Shown here: one piece after another, positions 9,622-19,847 of the stretch
How positions within the stretch are numbered: position 1 is the stretch's first letter
How the letters are laid out: the number at the start of each line of letters is the position of its first letter
Assembly (NCBI GenBank): GCA_963663865.1
Contig: OY760686.1
Coordinates: forward strand, 32,001 to 96,000
Reading direction: 5' to 3'
From: Spirochaetota bacterium
Lineage (GTDB): Bacteria; Spirochaetota; UBA4802; UBA5550
DNA length: 64,000 bases
Translations under genes and position numbers: made by a program
Notes under the pieces: generated by a model
The model's database searches: none
Told to the model about the DNA's origin: nothing
Seen by the model: only the letters and a program-made list of their open reading frames with translations

Positions 9622-10791
9622 TCAATCTGAAACAGCTGCATCGTTTGGTGCAGCTGTTTTTATATTAACCCTCATGTTCCCACAACTTCCTTTAATCTGA
9701 TTCATTCTGTATTCAGACGGCGATTTGCCGATTACTTTTTTGAATGCCCTGTTGAAGGTAGCTTTGGAGTTGAAGCCTGCAATAAGCGATATTTCCAAAA
9801 TATTTTCACCGGATCCGCTTTCCATCATAGCAATTGCACGGTCTATTCTTAAACTGTTTATGTAATCGTAATAACTCATTTTGTACATTCTATTGACCGA
9901 TTGAGAAAGATTATGACGAGAAACATTGATTCGGGCAGCCACTTCCTCCATGTTAGTTACAGAATCAATCAATTCTATTGATTGCTCGAAATAACTCTCC
10001 AGCCTGTTGATTATATCAGCAACCTGAACTTCAGAAAGAAAGGACTTTTGATACTTTTCGTTTGAATCATTTTTTTCGTTTTCCGGAGTAAGTATTACCT
10101 CTTTAATATTTTTGACGGTGTGAGCTAAGTAGTAAAGTATCACAAGAGAAACAAGCTGTACCGACATAATTATCATTACCCAATTCTTTACTTGATAATA
10201 CCTCAATACATAGGCTGCAAATCGTACTACAACAAGATGAAATAAAAAATTTGCGAAAATAGTCATAATTACTCGGCCATATTTTTTCACTACATGATTT
10301 TTCATAATAATTCGCGAAGACAAAATCAAGTAGATTATCCCTTGGGCAAGAAATCCATTTCTTAGTAATCTATATATTTTATTATTAGGATCATAATTAT
10401 TTTCAAAAAAAACCATATAAAGATTAATCATAAGGACTACGATGCAGGGTATCAGATGAACAATTATTTTATTAGCTTTTTCATTGAAACCGAGACAGAT
10501 GTTCTTTACAATTAAATACATGAGTGGGTATATGCAATATATCGGTGAAATAGTGGCTATTGGACATACAACCTGTCCGCTGTTGCTGAAAAATATCAAA
10601 TAGATTAACCGATTAAGGATAGGAATAGTACAAATAAATAAAAGGTAATTTATAGTTATTTTACTAAACTTTTCTCTTTTAAGGGACCCCGAATCGTAAT
10701 ATTTGATGGAGAATAATCCCATAGTCATCAATATTAAAGCCGTTGAAACAGTAACCTGAGAATACAATCTTTCAAATTCACCAAAAACCAT
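9622..10791 (-). CDS. Membrane-anchored AraC-family regulator (cassette 1)
   Basis: Multi-TM N-terminus; C-terminal HTH (SRHNLSQSVN...YINSLRI...GFNSKATFNRAFKKVIGKSPSEYR). Confidence 0.9.
   Translation of the reverse strand: MVFGEFERLYSQVTVSTALILMTMGLFSIKYYDSGSLKREKFSKITINYLLFICTIPILNRLIYLIFFSNSGQVVCPIATISPIYCIYPLMYLIVKNICLGFNEKANKIIVHLIPCIVVLMINLYMVFFENNYDPNNKIYRLLRNGFLAQGIIYLILSSRIIMKNHVVKKYGRVIMTIFANFLFHLVVVRFAAYVLRYYQVKNWVMIIMSVQLVSLVILYYLAHTVKNIKEVILTPENEKNDSNEKYQKSFLSEVQVADIINRLESYFEQSIELIDSVTNMEEVAARINVSRHNLSQSVNRMYKMSYYDYINSLRIDRAIAMMESGSGENILEISLIAGFNSKATFNRAFKKVIGKSPSEYRMNQIKGSCGNMRVNIKTAAPNDAAVSD
9630..9661. terminator. Bidirectional terminator hairpin after htpG
   Basis: AAACAGCTGCATC-GTTT-GGTGCAGCTGTTT plus T-run; lies inside the last codons of the convergent AraC ORF. 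Confidence 0.7.
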
Positions 10792-10885
10792 AGATACCAG
10801 ACCAACATAATTTTATAAATAATAATAATTTCTCTCGATATGAGCACATGCTACATCTTATAATCAAGCCTTACAGCATCAACCG

Positions 10886-12031
10886 TTATTTAGAGTACGA
10901 CCTTTTATATCGCGCATCGGTTCCATAATTTATTTGATTTATTTTATAAGATGGTATTATTATTTCTCTTATTCTATCCTCCTGTATTGTTTTATAGTTC
11001 GTTTTATTAAATAGAATATAATATACCAAATTTAGCAATATATATAACATATTTGTTCTTGCGAATTTAATGTCCTTACATCTCACATCCCTGTAGAAAA
11101 TTTCTGTCAGCAAGCCATGTTTTCCTTCCTCGATATTTCCAACAACATCCATACAATATTTTTTCAATCTTTCTCTGACAGACCTCGTTGCGACATGATT
11201 TATTTCATTTTGAACATTTTCACACTTAAAGACCCTGAAGATTCCTAACCATGTCATAAATTTTTCGATAGAATCAAACTGATTACAATCAGTTCCTATT
11301 TCTGAAATAATGTTTTCAGCAATTCTCTTGTTTACTCCTGGAATAGAAATAAGGTTTTCAATGTGATTTTTGACAAAAAACGACTGTGCTTCAATCCTCT
11401 TCATAATCCTTTCAATAATTTTTTGATAATTGTTCTCTTCCTCTATCATAATTCTCAATGAAAAATCAATATTGTATGCTTTGATTTTTGAGAATGTGTC
11501 CGGTAGTGAATGATATATCATTTCCGGATTTGTCATATCTGACAGTGATTTATTACAGGGCGGCATTGACATCTGGTGGGTTTTAATGATTTTTGACTTT
11601 AGAGAAAAGAGTTTGATCATAATGTCTTCACGACATCTCGTTAACTCTCTTAATTCAAAAATTTTGCTATAATTCATTCGTCTTGAACTCAGTCTATTCT
11701 GAATAAACATTGACAAAATAATCTTTGTAGTAAGGGTTTCTGATGATAGCGATACAGAGCTCTTCTGTACTGTTATGATTTCATACTGGACTCCATAGTA
11801 GCACCACAGAAACCGCCATGAAGCAGTATCAACAACAACAATGATTGAAGTAATTCTTTTTTCTTTATAAAGCTTACTTATGGTTTTTAAATTTGAATTC
11901 TTATAATCAAAAACTTCTGTCTCTATTACGTTAGTAAAATTTTTATTAAAATATGAAACTTCAATCATATTATTGCTTACAAGTATTGCTGAAATTCTTT
12001 TACCGACTTCAAGTCTCATCACATTTACCAA
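10886..12031 (-). CDS. IS110-family recombinase homologue, catalytic residues absent (copy 1)
   Basis: ELRELTRCRE, LISIPGVNKRIAENIISEIGTDCNQF...WLG and a C-terminal ILLNLVYYIL helix match the IS110 scaffold; no GxD, MESTG or KTDxxD motifs. Confidence 0.75.
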   Translation of the reverse strand: MVNVMRLEVGKRISAILVSNNMIEVSYFNKNFTNVIETEVFDYKNSNLKTISKLYKEKRITSIIVVVDTASWRFLWCYYGVQYEIITVQKSSVSLSSETLTTKIILSMFIQNRLSSRRMNYSKIFELRELTRCREDIMIKLFSLKSKIIKTHQMSMPPCNKSLSDMTNPEMIYHSLPDTFSKIKAYNIDFSLRIMIEEENNYQKIIERIMKRIEAQSFFVKNHIENLISIPGVNKRIAENIISEIGTDCNQFDSIEKFMTWLGIFRVFKCENVQNEINHVATRSVRERLKKYCMDVVGNIEEGKHGLLTEIFYRDVRCKDIKFARTNMLYILLNLVYYILFNKTNYKTIQEDRIREIIIPSYKINQINYGTDARYKRSYSK

Positions 12032-12131
12032 TTCAGAGTCATTATTCCTCTATCCTTTCGCTATTATAGATAAAAGAGTACTGGAATGTTTAAAAACAAC
12101 ATACTATTCTTTTCTATATTTTCTTTTACTT

Positions 12132-12168
12132 ATAATAAGAGGGGGCGGAAACAGCCCCCTCTTATTAT
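12132..12168 (-). terminator. 15-bp perfect hairpin downstream of GH3 copy 1
   Basis: ATAATAAGAGGGGGC-GGAAACA-GCCCCCTCTTATTAT. Confidence 0.7.
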
Positions 12169-12180
12169 GATATTTATATT

Positions 12181-14445
12181 TTAGTAAGTAAGGCTTGTGC
12201 CATATTCAAAAAGCTGGTTAGCTTCATCGTTGAACAAGTCCTCATAAGCCGCTTCAACATCTTCGTCGCTTGCTGGAATACAGAACGGAAGCTTGGCTGA
12301 AGGCTTGAATCCGTCAGTTCCATATATGAACTCAAGAAGCTGCTCATCATAGATCCCGAACTCAACAATAAGAGCATCGATTTTTGATACATCAATGTCA
12401 GCATCAAAAACAAAGGATCTTGGTGCAAACACACATAGGATCAGCTTAGCACCTGATTTCTTTGCAGAAATTGCATCTTTTATCAGCTGTGCTTGTGCTA
12501 TCGATGCGGCCTGAGTTGAATCGCTGACTAGATATGAATCGGTTCCTGTTGCTTCATTTTCAGCAGCTGTATAATGTCTCCACTCATCATAGTTGTATGA
12601 GTAAACATTTGCCTCAAATGAAAGAGGAACTCCTCCTGCAATACCTGAATACGTGCCATGACGTCCAGTAACACGTAGAATGATATAATCTGCTTCAGAC
12701 ATGGTTGTCGTAGTCGTGCCAGCAAATGAATCAATCAATCCATCTTCTACTCCATTAAAGTAGACCGTTCCTGATGTTGCAGATAGAGGTAATACATTTT
12801 CATTTTTTACAAGTACAGTTGTTTCTTTCATTATCTGTTTTCTTGCATCTGCATTAGCTGTGATAATAGCATTTGCAGCAGAAGCATCTCTGTAAGGATT
12901 TTCAAAAACACCAAGCTTAAACATCATCTCAAGAACTTTCCCTGCCGGGTAATCCAGATCTGCTTCTGAAATGAAGTTATGATCGATAGCATTAAGCCAC
13001 ATTGTATAACTTCCATTCCCGACCTGATGTCCGCCTGCCTGCAGATACTTGTATATTAGGTAGCTCTGATGTTGAGGTATGGAATAAACCAAGTTACCTC
13101 TTCTATCGTAGCCCTCAGTAACTGACCACTCCGTAAAAGCAGGTGCCCCATCAGGAATATCTGTTGGTCCTGTGTAAGATGGATCAGAAAGATCGGTATC
13201 TGCCTCAACCGTTGTCACCCCAAAGTCTGAAAGAAGAAGACCATACGCTGAACTTCCAAGCACACCCCAGTCAGAGCTTATCACTCCATCCCATTCGCAC
13301 TCCTCTCGCAAGTAATCCCACATAAGAGTCATCTCGTAACTGGAGGCTACTTCCTCGAATTGTGTATTAAAAGTTCTTGTTGTTTCATCCCAGTTTGTCA
13401 TGTAAATGCTGTAGCACGGCATACATCCAAGCGGACCAGCTTCAAATGTTTTCTTGTATGATTCAACAAAGGCATCAAAATTTCCGCCTTTAAACAAGGC
13501 ATATCTTCCTGCAGATTTATGGCTATCCATTCCTCCCATATTTGTACCGCCACCTGGGAAGTGTTTAAGTACTGCAGCTACTCCCGGAACAAGCTGTCCG
13601 GACGCACCATTTTCAGTTTGCTGAAGCCCTTGAACATAAGCTTTTGCAAATTTACCAGCTTTTACAGGATCAGCTCCGAGTGTGTCATATGAGCGGGCCC
13701 ATCTGAGTTCACCTATCGGGTCACTCTGCGGTCCAAGCAGCATTCTAAAACCGCATGCTTTATACTCTTCAGCATGCATACTTGCAATTTCCCTAACCTT
13801 GTCTGTCTCATTTTCATCAAGAGCTGCAAGCCCAAGCATGAATGGCCAGTCACCCATTGGTGCCATATCATTTTTTTTGGCATACCCTGCATCGGCTCCT
13901 GCCGCACTAAAACCTGTACCTGTAGAAGGATCACAGCAGAAAACGAAAGGAATTCCAAGTCCCTGCGATTCAACGTATGCCTGAACCTTATTGATATACG
14001 TTGTCATATCAGCTGCGGAATAAGCAGTTCCTGGATTACGGAAAAGAGCCACTCTTGCCTGAGAGGTTGCAAGTGATGTTTTCAAATCATCTGTAATGTC
14101 AACATCTGAGATACTACCGGCAAAGCTGGTCTCATAGAGAAGCCCAGCTTTTTGTTCTTTGCTCATTTTAGCAAGCAGATCTGCCGCCCTTTCTTCAACC
14201 GGCAGAGTCCAGTCCTCATAAGCATCAACCTCACCGTTAGCGTTGAGGTCTCTATACTGTTTATCATCGACTGTCAGAATACTTTTCCCTGAACCGTCAG
14301 CGACTTGAACCGAAGGCTGAACATCTTCACCATCGACACAGTAAATTCCTTTACCCTCACAGCTTTTGTCTTTCTCATCATCTCCGCAAGCCGTAAAGGC
14401 AGCAAAGAGAGAGAGACTTAGTAGTAAAACAAGAATTTGTTTCAT
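12181..14445 (-). CDS. Glycoside hydrolase family 3 (beta-glucosidase-like) lipoprotein (cassette 1)
   Basis: Lipobox FTAC-GDDE; RDLNANGEVDAYEDW; RWARSYDTLG; KHFPGGG; MPCYS; nucleophile motif SDWG; KLGVFENPY. Confidence 0.92.
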   Translation of the reverse strand: MKQILVLLLSLSLFAAFTACGDDEKDKSCEGKGIYCVDGEDVQPSVQVADGSGKSILTVDDKQYRDLNANGEVDAYEDWTLPVEERAADLLAKMSKEQKAGLLYETSFAGSISDVDITDDLKTSLATSQARVALFRNPGTAYSAADMTTYINKVQAYVESQGLGIPFVFCCDPSTGTGFSAAGADAGYAKKNDMAPMGDWPFMLGLAALDENETDKVREIASMHAEEYKACGFRMLLGPQSDPIGELRWARSYDTLGADPVKAGKFAKAYVQGLQQTENGASGQLVPGVAAVLKHFPGGGTNMGGMDSHKSAGRYALFKGGNFDAFVESYKKTFEAGPLGCMPCYSIYMTNWDETTRTFNTQFEEVASSYEMTLMWDYLREECEWDGVISSDWGVLGSSAYGLLLSDFGVTTVEADTDLSDPSYTGPTDIPDGAPAFTEWSVTEGYDRRGNLVYSIPQHQSYLIYKYLQAGGHQVGNGSYTMWLNAIDHNFISEADLDYPAGKVLEMMFKLGVFENPYRDASAANAIITANADARKQIMKETTVLVKNENVLPLSATSGTVYFNGVEDGLIDSFAGTTTTTMSEADYIILRVTGRHGTYSGIAGGVPLSFEANVYSYNYDEWRHYTAAENEATGTDSYLVSDSTQAASIAQAQLIKDAISAKKSGAKLILCVFAPRSFVFDADIDVSKIDALIVEFGIYDEQLLEFIYGTDGFKPSAKLPFCIPASDEDVEAAYEDLFNDEANQLFEYGTSLTY

Positions 14446-14919
14446 AAAACAAATCTCCTCCTGAAATAGTTGTTTTAAATATTATAAAAATATGCATTTA
14501 CTTGCATATGTTTACCAAAACGCCATTGCCGTTGTCTTAGCTTGTCTAAATTTTGTCCGCAGACAACCGCGGGAGCAGTTGGATAAGTAAATTATTGTTT
14601 CATATTTATCATAAAATAAATATGAAATCGACTCACCCGACCGGTTGAGCCTACTTTTTTGATTAATACATCATTTTGCATTGTTAATTAAAAGTGCTCT
14701 TGAGTTGGCTTTGCAATTATCACTTTAATTATAAATAGATTATTTCCACTCGTGTATGCCTTAAACCATTCAGTGGAAATTTGTTGATATGTGGCCAATC
14801 AAAGCTCAACGTAAGGTTCAACCAGAATTCAACGAACCCAACTTCAAGTTTGAAGTGCAACGACAAGATTCGAAATTCCTCTTGACGTTATAGAACGGGT
14901 AAAAATAGATATCTCCATT

Positions 14920-15399
14920 ATGTCTAACAAGAGCAAAGAAACAGACGGCAGGAACCGTGAGATTATCCGCAACAAGAAGGCCCGCTTCGACTACGAGATC
15001 ATAGAGGTATTCGAGGCAGGCATGGTTCTGCGCGGAACCGAGGTCAAATCGCTAAGACAGAAAAAGGTAAGCATTCAGGAATCTTATGCGCTCGTCAAGA
15101 GCGGCGAGGTATTTGTCACCGGACTTACCATTTCTCATTACGATATGGGCAACCGGTTCAACCACGAAACTGACCGCGACAGAAAACTTCTGCTGCACCG
15201 TCACGAGATTAAGCGTCTCATAGGCAAGCTGAAGGAAAAGGGTTACACCCTCGTGCCGCTTTCCCTTTACTTCAAGGAAGGAAGGGTAAAGATGGAACTG
15301 GGCCTCGCGAAGGGCAAGGCCGTCTACGACAAGCGCAAGACCATTCAGAAACGCGATATGGACCGGGAGCTCAGGCGCGATATCAAACGGTACACTTAA
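14920..15399 (+). CDS. smpB: SsrA-binding protein
   Basis: NKKARFDYEI, EAGMVLRGTEVKSLR, RKLLLHRHEI, GKAVYDKR. Confidence 0.98.
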   Translation: MSNKSKETDGRNREIIRNKKARFDYEIIEVFEAGMVLRGTEVKSLRQKKVSIQESYALVKSGEVFVTGLTISHYDMGNRFNHETDRDRKLLLHRHEIKRLIGKLKEKGYTLVPLSLYFKEGRVKMELGLAKGKAVYDKRKTIQKRDMDRELRRDIKRYT

Positions 15400-17274
15400 T
15401 CACCTGACAAGCTCGTTTCTAGCTTTCAAAGCTTCTCTTTCATCGGCAGCTGCCATGACCAGGTCAGACATCTTTCCTTCGAGAAACATCTCTACAATGC
15501 CGCAAAGCCTGTCTCCAGCCAGGACCCTCGGCATGAAGACATAGAACGCGCCTTCTGAGTACATATTGAGCGCCCTCTCTACGCTTTCGGCGGTCACGAT
15601 AATCCTGGCGTGCGGAGATATCTCCTTCATGTGCCTGAGTATTTTAAGATTATCCGTACCGACAAGTATGGCATCGGGGATTGTCGAGATTACAAGCTTT
15701 GCCTCATGTATTCCCGCGTGATGCAGCGTGTCCGGATGGCTGATGTCCCCGTAGACCGCCCGCACGCCGAGTCCCTTCAGCTGCACATGTATTTCCGGAT
15801 TAAAATCGACTACCACAATCTTCTCTTTTAGTCCCAGCGAATGGTTTTGTTCATCGAGCCTGAGCATCCCGTCCAGGAGAGAACTGGCAGTCCTGTAAAA
15901 TCCCAGCAGAGCAATCTCGTTACGAGGGTCATCATCATCCCCTTCCGAATTGGAATGGACCTCTGTCATTCCGCTTTTTTTCATAAGGGTGGATAGAGCT
16001 CTCTGTATCGGGTCGCTGTACTTGACCATGTACGTTGAGGTTATGGAGGTGATTACGAAAGTGAAAATTATTACAGCCATGGTATCCTGAGAGATATGGC
16101 CGGCGGCAAGACCAAGCGACGCGATAACAAGAGAAAACTCGCTTATCTGAGACAGGTTGATCGAAGTCAGCAGACTGACCCGCAGACCGTTCCTGAGCGA
16201 GTAAAGTACTGGAAAGACTGTCAGAAAACGGGACAGGATGAGAAAGCCAGCCATAATACCGGCTGTCGCCACGATGCCTGTATTATCGAGAGGGTTCGGA
16301 ATCTTCATTCCGAGTGAAACAAAGAAAAGAGTTATAAAAAAGTCCCTTATATTTACAACTTTAGCGATTACGTCGAGGTTGTAAGGGAATGTGGATATTG
16401 CGATACCTGCTATCAGGGCGCCCATCTCAAGCGAGAGGCCCAGCAGCGACGCGCCGCCGCAAACGAAGAAACACCATCCTAAAGACGATATCAGCACCAG
16501 CTCCGGGACCCTTGCCACCTTTTTGAACATCGGCGGCAGCACGAAGCGGCTGATCAGCATGCTCGCCGCGACAAGAAGACCGCCCTTGCCGAACGACAGC
16601 AGAATACGCACAATGTCAGGATTGGCCAGATTGGGCTGTATTCCAAGTACTATAATCGCCCAGATATCCTGAAATACCAGAATACCCAGTGTTATACGCC
16701 CGGCAAGGGTATCGAGTTCGAATTTCCCGTAAAGAAGCTTAACGACTATGGCTGTACTGCTGAGTCCGCAGCAGACTGCCAGGTAGATACCGTCATAGCC
16801 TCCATCCCCGAACGTATAGCCGAGCAGCATCGCGAAACCCAGTCCGGCAGCAACAGTCAGGGGGAACTGTGTCAGTCCGCTCATCACAAGGGACTTTCCC
16901 GACTCCTTCAGCTTCTTGATGTCAATTTCAAGCCCGATAAGAAAGAGAAGCAGAATCAGCCCAAACTCCGAGATGGTCTCAATATGTTCCATGTTCTCAA
17001 TCAGCCCGAGGCCTATGCGGGGACCAATAACAATTCCGGCAGCAAGATAGGCAAGCAGAAGCGGCTGTTTCAGGAAGTGACCAATATATGCCATCACCGT
17101 CGCCGCTAATATAGCAATCCCTACACCGCTGACAACACCGTGCCCGCCGCCTTCCGCAAAAAGCTCGGAGGATGCCAGCAACACTGCCGCCGAAATCATA
17201 ACTATTCGCGAAGATCTGTTTTTCAGGTATTTATGAAGCATATTGACCGCCGTTAAATATTTGCCGCTGAACAC
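15400..17274 (-). CDS. CPA2 cation:proton antiporter with TrkA-N domain (KefC-like)
   Basis: LLFLIGLEID, SSTAIVVK, GILVFQD, QISEFSLV; C-terminal VVDFNP...YGDISH. Confidence 0.9.
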   Translation of the reverse strand: MFSGKYLTAVNMLHKYLKNRSSRIVMISAAVLLASSELFAEGGGHGVVSGVGIAILAATVMAYIGHFLKQPLLLAYLAAGIVIGPRIGLGLIENMEHIETISEFGLILLLFLIGLEIDIKKLKESGKSLVMSGLTQFPLTVAAGLGFAMLLGYTFGDGGYDGIYLAVCCGLSSTAIVVKLLYGKFELDTLAGRITLGILVFQDIWAIIVLGIQPNLANPDIVRILLSFGKGGLLVAASMLISRFVLPPMFKKVARVPELVLISSLGWCFFVCGGASLLGLSLEMGALIAGIAISTFPYNLDVIAKVVNIRDFFITLFFVSLGMKIPNPLDNTGIVATAGIMAGFLILSRFLTVFPVLYSLRNGLRVSLLTSINLSQISEFSLVIASLGLAAGHISQDTMAVIIFTFVITSITSTYMVKYSDPIQRALSTLMKKSGMTEVHSNSEGDDDDPRNEIALLGFYRTASSLLDGMLRLDEQNHSLGLKEKIVVVDFNPEIHVQLKGLGVRAVYGDISHPDTLHHAGIHEAKLVISTIPDAILVGTDNLKILRHMKEISPHARIIVTAESVERALNMYSEGAFYVFMPRVLAGDRLCGIVEMFLEGKMSDLVMAAADEREALKARNELVR

Positions 17275-17338
17275 GGCTCTTTTAAGGGTATGCTGGATAA
17301 GAGGGGCTGTACATCAAGAACTTTTATGAAATACCGGG

Positions 17339-17725
17339 CTATCGTGTCACGAAAACCATGACAGTCGATATGAAAGCGCTAAAGAATACGAATACGGCAA
17401 GCAGCTGAAGCATTAGCCTCAGCCGGTCTGACTTTGTCAACAGACGGTAGTTCTGCACTGAATACCGCAACTCATAAAGAAACGATATAAACCATCTCCT
17501 TATTGATGAAAGCTTCATCCTTTCCGAACGGCTCTGAACACCCCGGGTTTTCTTTTTTCGGCCCTTTCCCGCTCCCAGATCAAAGCGCCCGTCCCTGTAG
17601 AGCAGCGGGTCGTCAGGGTCGGCGACAAAGGAGTGCCCGCATCCGCACCTGACAAGTATTTTGCCCCTGTCAATCGGGAAACGGAGCGCCTTTGTGCAGT
17701 AAGGGCAGTTCTTGATAAAGTACAT
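17339..17725 (-). CDS. Hypothetical Zn-ribbon membrane protein
   Basis: CPYC...LRFP...G...VRCGCG and a C-terminal TM helix. Confidence 0.7.
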   Translation of the reverse strand: MYFIKNCPYCTKALRFPIDRGKILVRCGCGHSFVADPDDPLLYRDGRFDLGAGKGRKKKTRGVQSRSERMKLSSIRRWFISFLYELRYSVQNYRLLTKSDRLRLMLQLLAVFVFFSAFISTVMVFVTR

Positions 17726-17730
17726 TCCCT

Positions 17731-18591
17731 TTAGATGATTTCCTTAGCCTGCCGTATAAATTCAGGGATGGAGGTAAAAGTCTTTTCAAGGTCTTCGGCC
17801 GTGAAGCCTATTTTTTCAAGGGCCTCTGCGTTCAGTTCATGGAAAAGCCCGTCGCTTCCTATGCCCACACCGGCCATGAGAGCAAGGCTGTTGGCCACGT
17901 GTACAACGCAAACTTCGTAGCGGTGTTCCTCAGGCGAGTGCATGGGATCCTGATAGAAGCGGACTATGGATTTAAGCACGGGCGGGAACTGCCACTTGGC
18001 CAGAATCTTCTCACCGACCTCCTGATGCGAAAAGCCCATAATACTGCGTTCTGCATCGCTGAAGGTCATCCCCTGCTCCTGAACAGCACGCATAATATCT
18101 GCGAAAGTGCTCTGAACAAAGAGCGCCAGAACGACCTTTCCTACATTGTGGATTATCCCGCCGGTAAAGACAACATCGGCGACATCCTTTCTGCCCTTGT
18201 CCAACGCCATCTTTTTACACACAGTCGCCACGATCACTCCATGCTTCCAGAGCTCTCCCTTGGCGAGGTCATAGCCTATTACGAACCTGTCAAGAACAGG
18301 CTTGGCGGCCAGAATCATTACGATGTCCTTAACCTCTTTGAGGCCGAGAGTGACGATTGCCCTCTCTATTGAAGTTATCTCCTTGCCTTTGCTGAAAAAG
18401 GCTGAATTACACAGTTTAAGTATGTTTGTGGTCATGGCCTGGTCGCGCGATATCTCATCAGCGATATGCTTAAAAGAGACGTCAGGATCATTAACCATGT
18501 TAATGATTTTACTCGCGACCTCCGGTATTGAAGGAAGCTGGTCAAGGTTGTTTATTATTGATTCAATTCTCTGTTTAATATGTGCGTGCAT
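17731..18591 (-). CDS. HDOD-domain protein
   Basis: LPSIPEV, DQAMTTNILKLCNSAFF, IERAIVTLG, GIIHNVGK, HQEVGEKILAKWQFP. Confidence 0.92.
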   Translation of the reverse strand: MHAHIKQRIESIINNLDQLPSIPEVASKIINMVNDPDVSFKHIADEISRDQAMTTNILKLCNSAFFSKGKEITSIERAIVTLGLKEVKDIVMILAAKPVLDRFVIGYDLAKGELWKHGVIVATVCKKMALDKGRKDVADVVFTGGIIHNVGKVVLALFVQSTFADIMRAVQEQGMTFSDAERSIMGFSHQEVGEKILAKWQFPPVLKSIVRFYQDPMHSPEEHRYEVCVVHVANSLALMAGVGIGSDGLFHELNAEALEKIGFTAEDLEKTFTSIPEFIRQAKEII

Positions 18592-18611
18592 AGTTATCTC
18601 CAGCGCTCCAT

Positions 18612-19097
18612 CTACACTTTGTAATACATCTTTTCCTGACCGGCGGCCTTGACCTTCAGGTGTCCGTCATTGAGGAAAAAATCTATTACTCTCCCTGTAT
18701 TGCCACCGACATCCTTTTCAAGAACGGGAATTCCCAGTTTCTCCAGCACCTTAAGCGTTTCTTCCACATTTCGGTCGCCTATCTGTCCGAGAGAGACAGT
18801 CGGGCTGAACTTAAACATTGAAGCTCCGCCTGCAATCTTCGCCGACATAAACTCCTTTCTTGCGCCGTCTTTGATAAGTCTTTCAACAAGAAGGGGTATG
18901 GCCGTATCGGCATACTTTTCGGGGAATTTCCCCCCGGTATTGTCGCTCGGGAGAAGAATATGGGCGAGACCGCCGATCTTCTTCATGCGGTCATATACAC
19001 ATATCCCAACACAGCTTCCAAGAATGGTGCGCAGAACGGATGGGCTCTGCCCGAACCTGACCTGGGCGACACCAACATTTATAAGAGGTTCGTTCAT
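18612..19097 (-). CDS. cheD: Chemoreceptor glutamine deamidase CheD
   Basis: LRTILGSCVGICVYD, GGLAHILLP, KYADTAI, KIAGGASMF, IGDRN, DVGG. Confidence 0.95.
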   Translation of the reverse strand: MNEPLINVGVAQVRFGQSPSVLRTILGSCVGICVYDRMKKIGGLAHILLPSDNTGGKFPEKYADTAIPLLVERLIKDGARKEFMSAKIAGGASMFKFSPTVSLGQIGDRNVEETLKVLEKLGIPVLEKDVGGNTGRVIDFFLNDGHLKVKAAGQEKMYYKV

Positions 19098-19238
19098 TTT
19101 CTAACTTCTGCCCTGTAATATTATCATTATGCCAGCCCGGTTAATAAGCCGCCGCGCTGTCCCCGTTTTTACCAATATCTTTAAAAATATGATCTGCAAC
19201 GAAACAATAATTTATCGTAACAGTCCCTTGTTATTTTG

Positions 19239-19847
19239 TCAAGGTTTATAGGAGCAGCCGGAAGTTATTTGCCAAATCCCGGCACAATCTGTCAGATCCT
19301 CAAGGATGGAAGCAGTCAGGCCCCAGACATCATAGCCGAGGTAGCGGTAATGGCGAAAAACCTTTTCAGCGCCGTCTATCGAATGTTTTTGTTCTTCCGC
19401 GTTCTCCCTGCGGCTGAAAAGCGCCAGAGGCACCTCAAGGCCCGATTCGATTTCAGGGGGATTAAAGCTGTACTGATAAGGCCATGCTATTGAAGAAACA
19501 AATACTGAAACCACGGAACCGTCTTTTGCAAAGTAATCATTGAAACGGCCAAGGTATCGGGCATCTTCAGGACGGATGCCTGTTTCCTCATAAGTTTCCC
19601 GGCTGGCCGTCTCAAACGCTGTTTTGTCTTCAGGATGGGAGCGTCCTCCCGGCAGAGAGACCTCTCCCCTGTGCGACGAAAGCGTCATTGCCCTCCGTGT
19701 CAGGAGGACGGAGGGGACTCCTACGGCGTCCATCAGCACAACCATTACGGCAGCCGCCGCGGGATTTGCGTTTTCACTGAAAAAAAGCTGTCTTGCCGTC
19801 AGAGAGCTCCTGAAAGCTTCACAGACTGCGCTGAAGTCAGCTTCCAA
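19239..19847 (-). CDS. Nudix hydrolase, CoA pyrophosphatase family
   Basis: LLTRRAMTLSSHRGEVSLPGG...ASRETYEETG; VWGLTA. Confidence 0.9.
   Translation of the reverse strand: MEADFSAVCEAFRSSLTARQLFFSENANPAAAAVMVVLMDAVGVPSVLLTRRAMTLSSHRGEVSLPGGRSHPEDKTAFETASRETYEETGIRPEDARYLGRFNDYFAKDGSVVSVFVSSIAWPYQYSFNPPEIESGLEVPLALFSRRENAEEQKHSIDGAEKVFRHYRYLGYDVWGLTASILEDLTDCAGIWQITSGCSYKP

Noticed and set aside
14446-14919. tmRNA or tRNA next to smpB as an integration site
   Set aside because: No GGGG...TCCACCA tRNA-like ends or T-loop motif were found.
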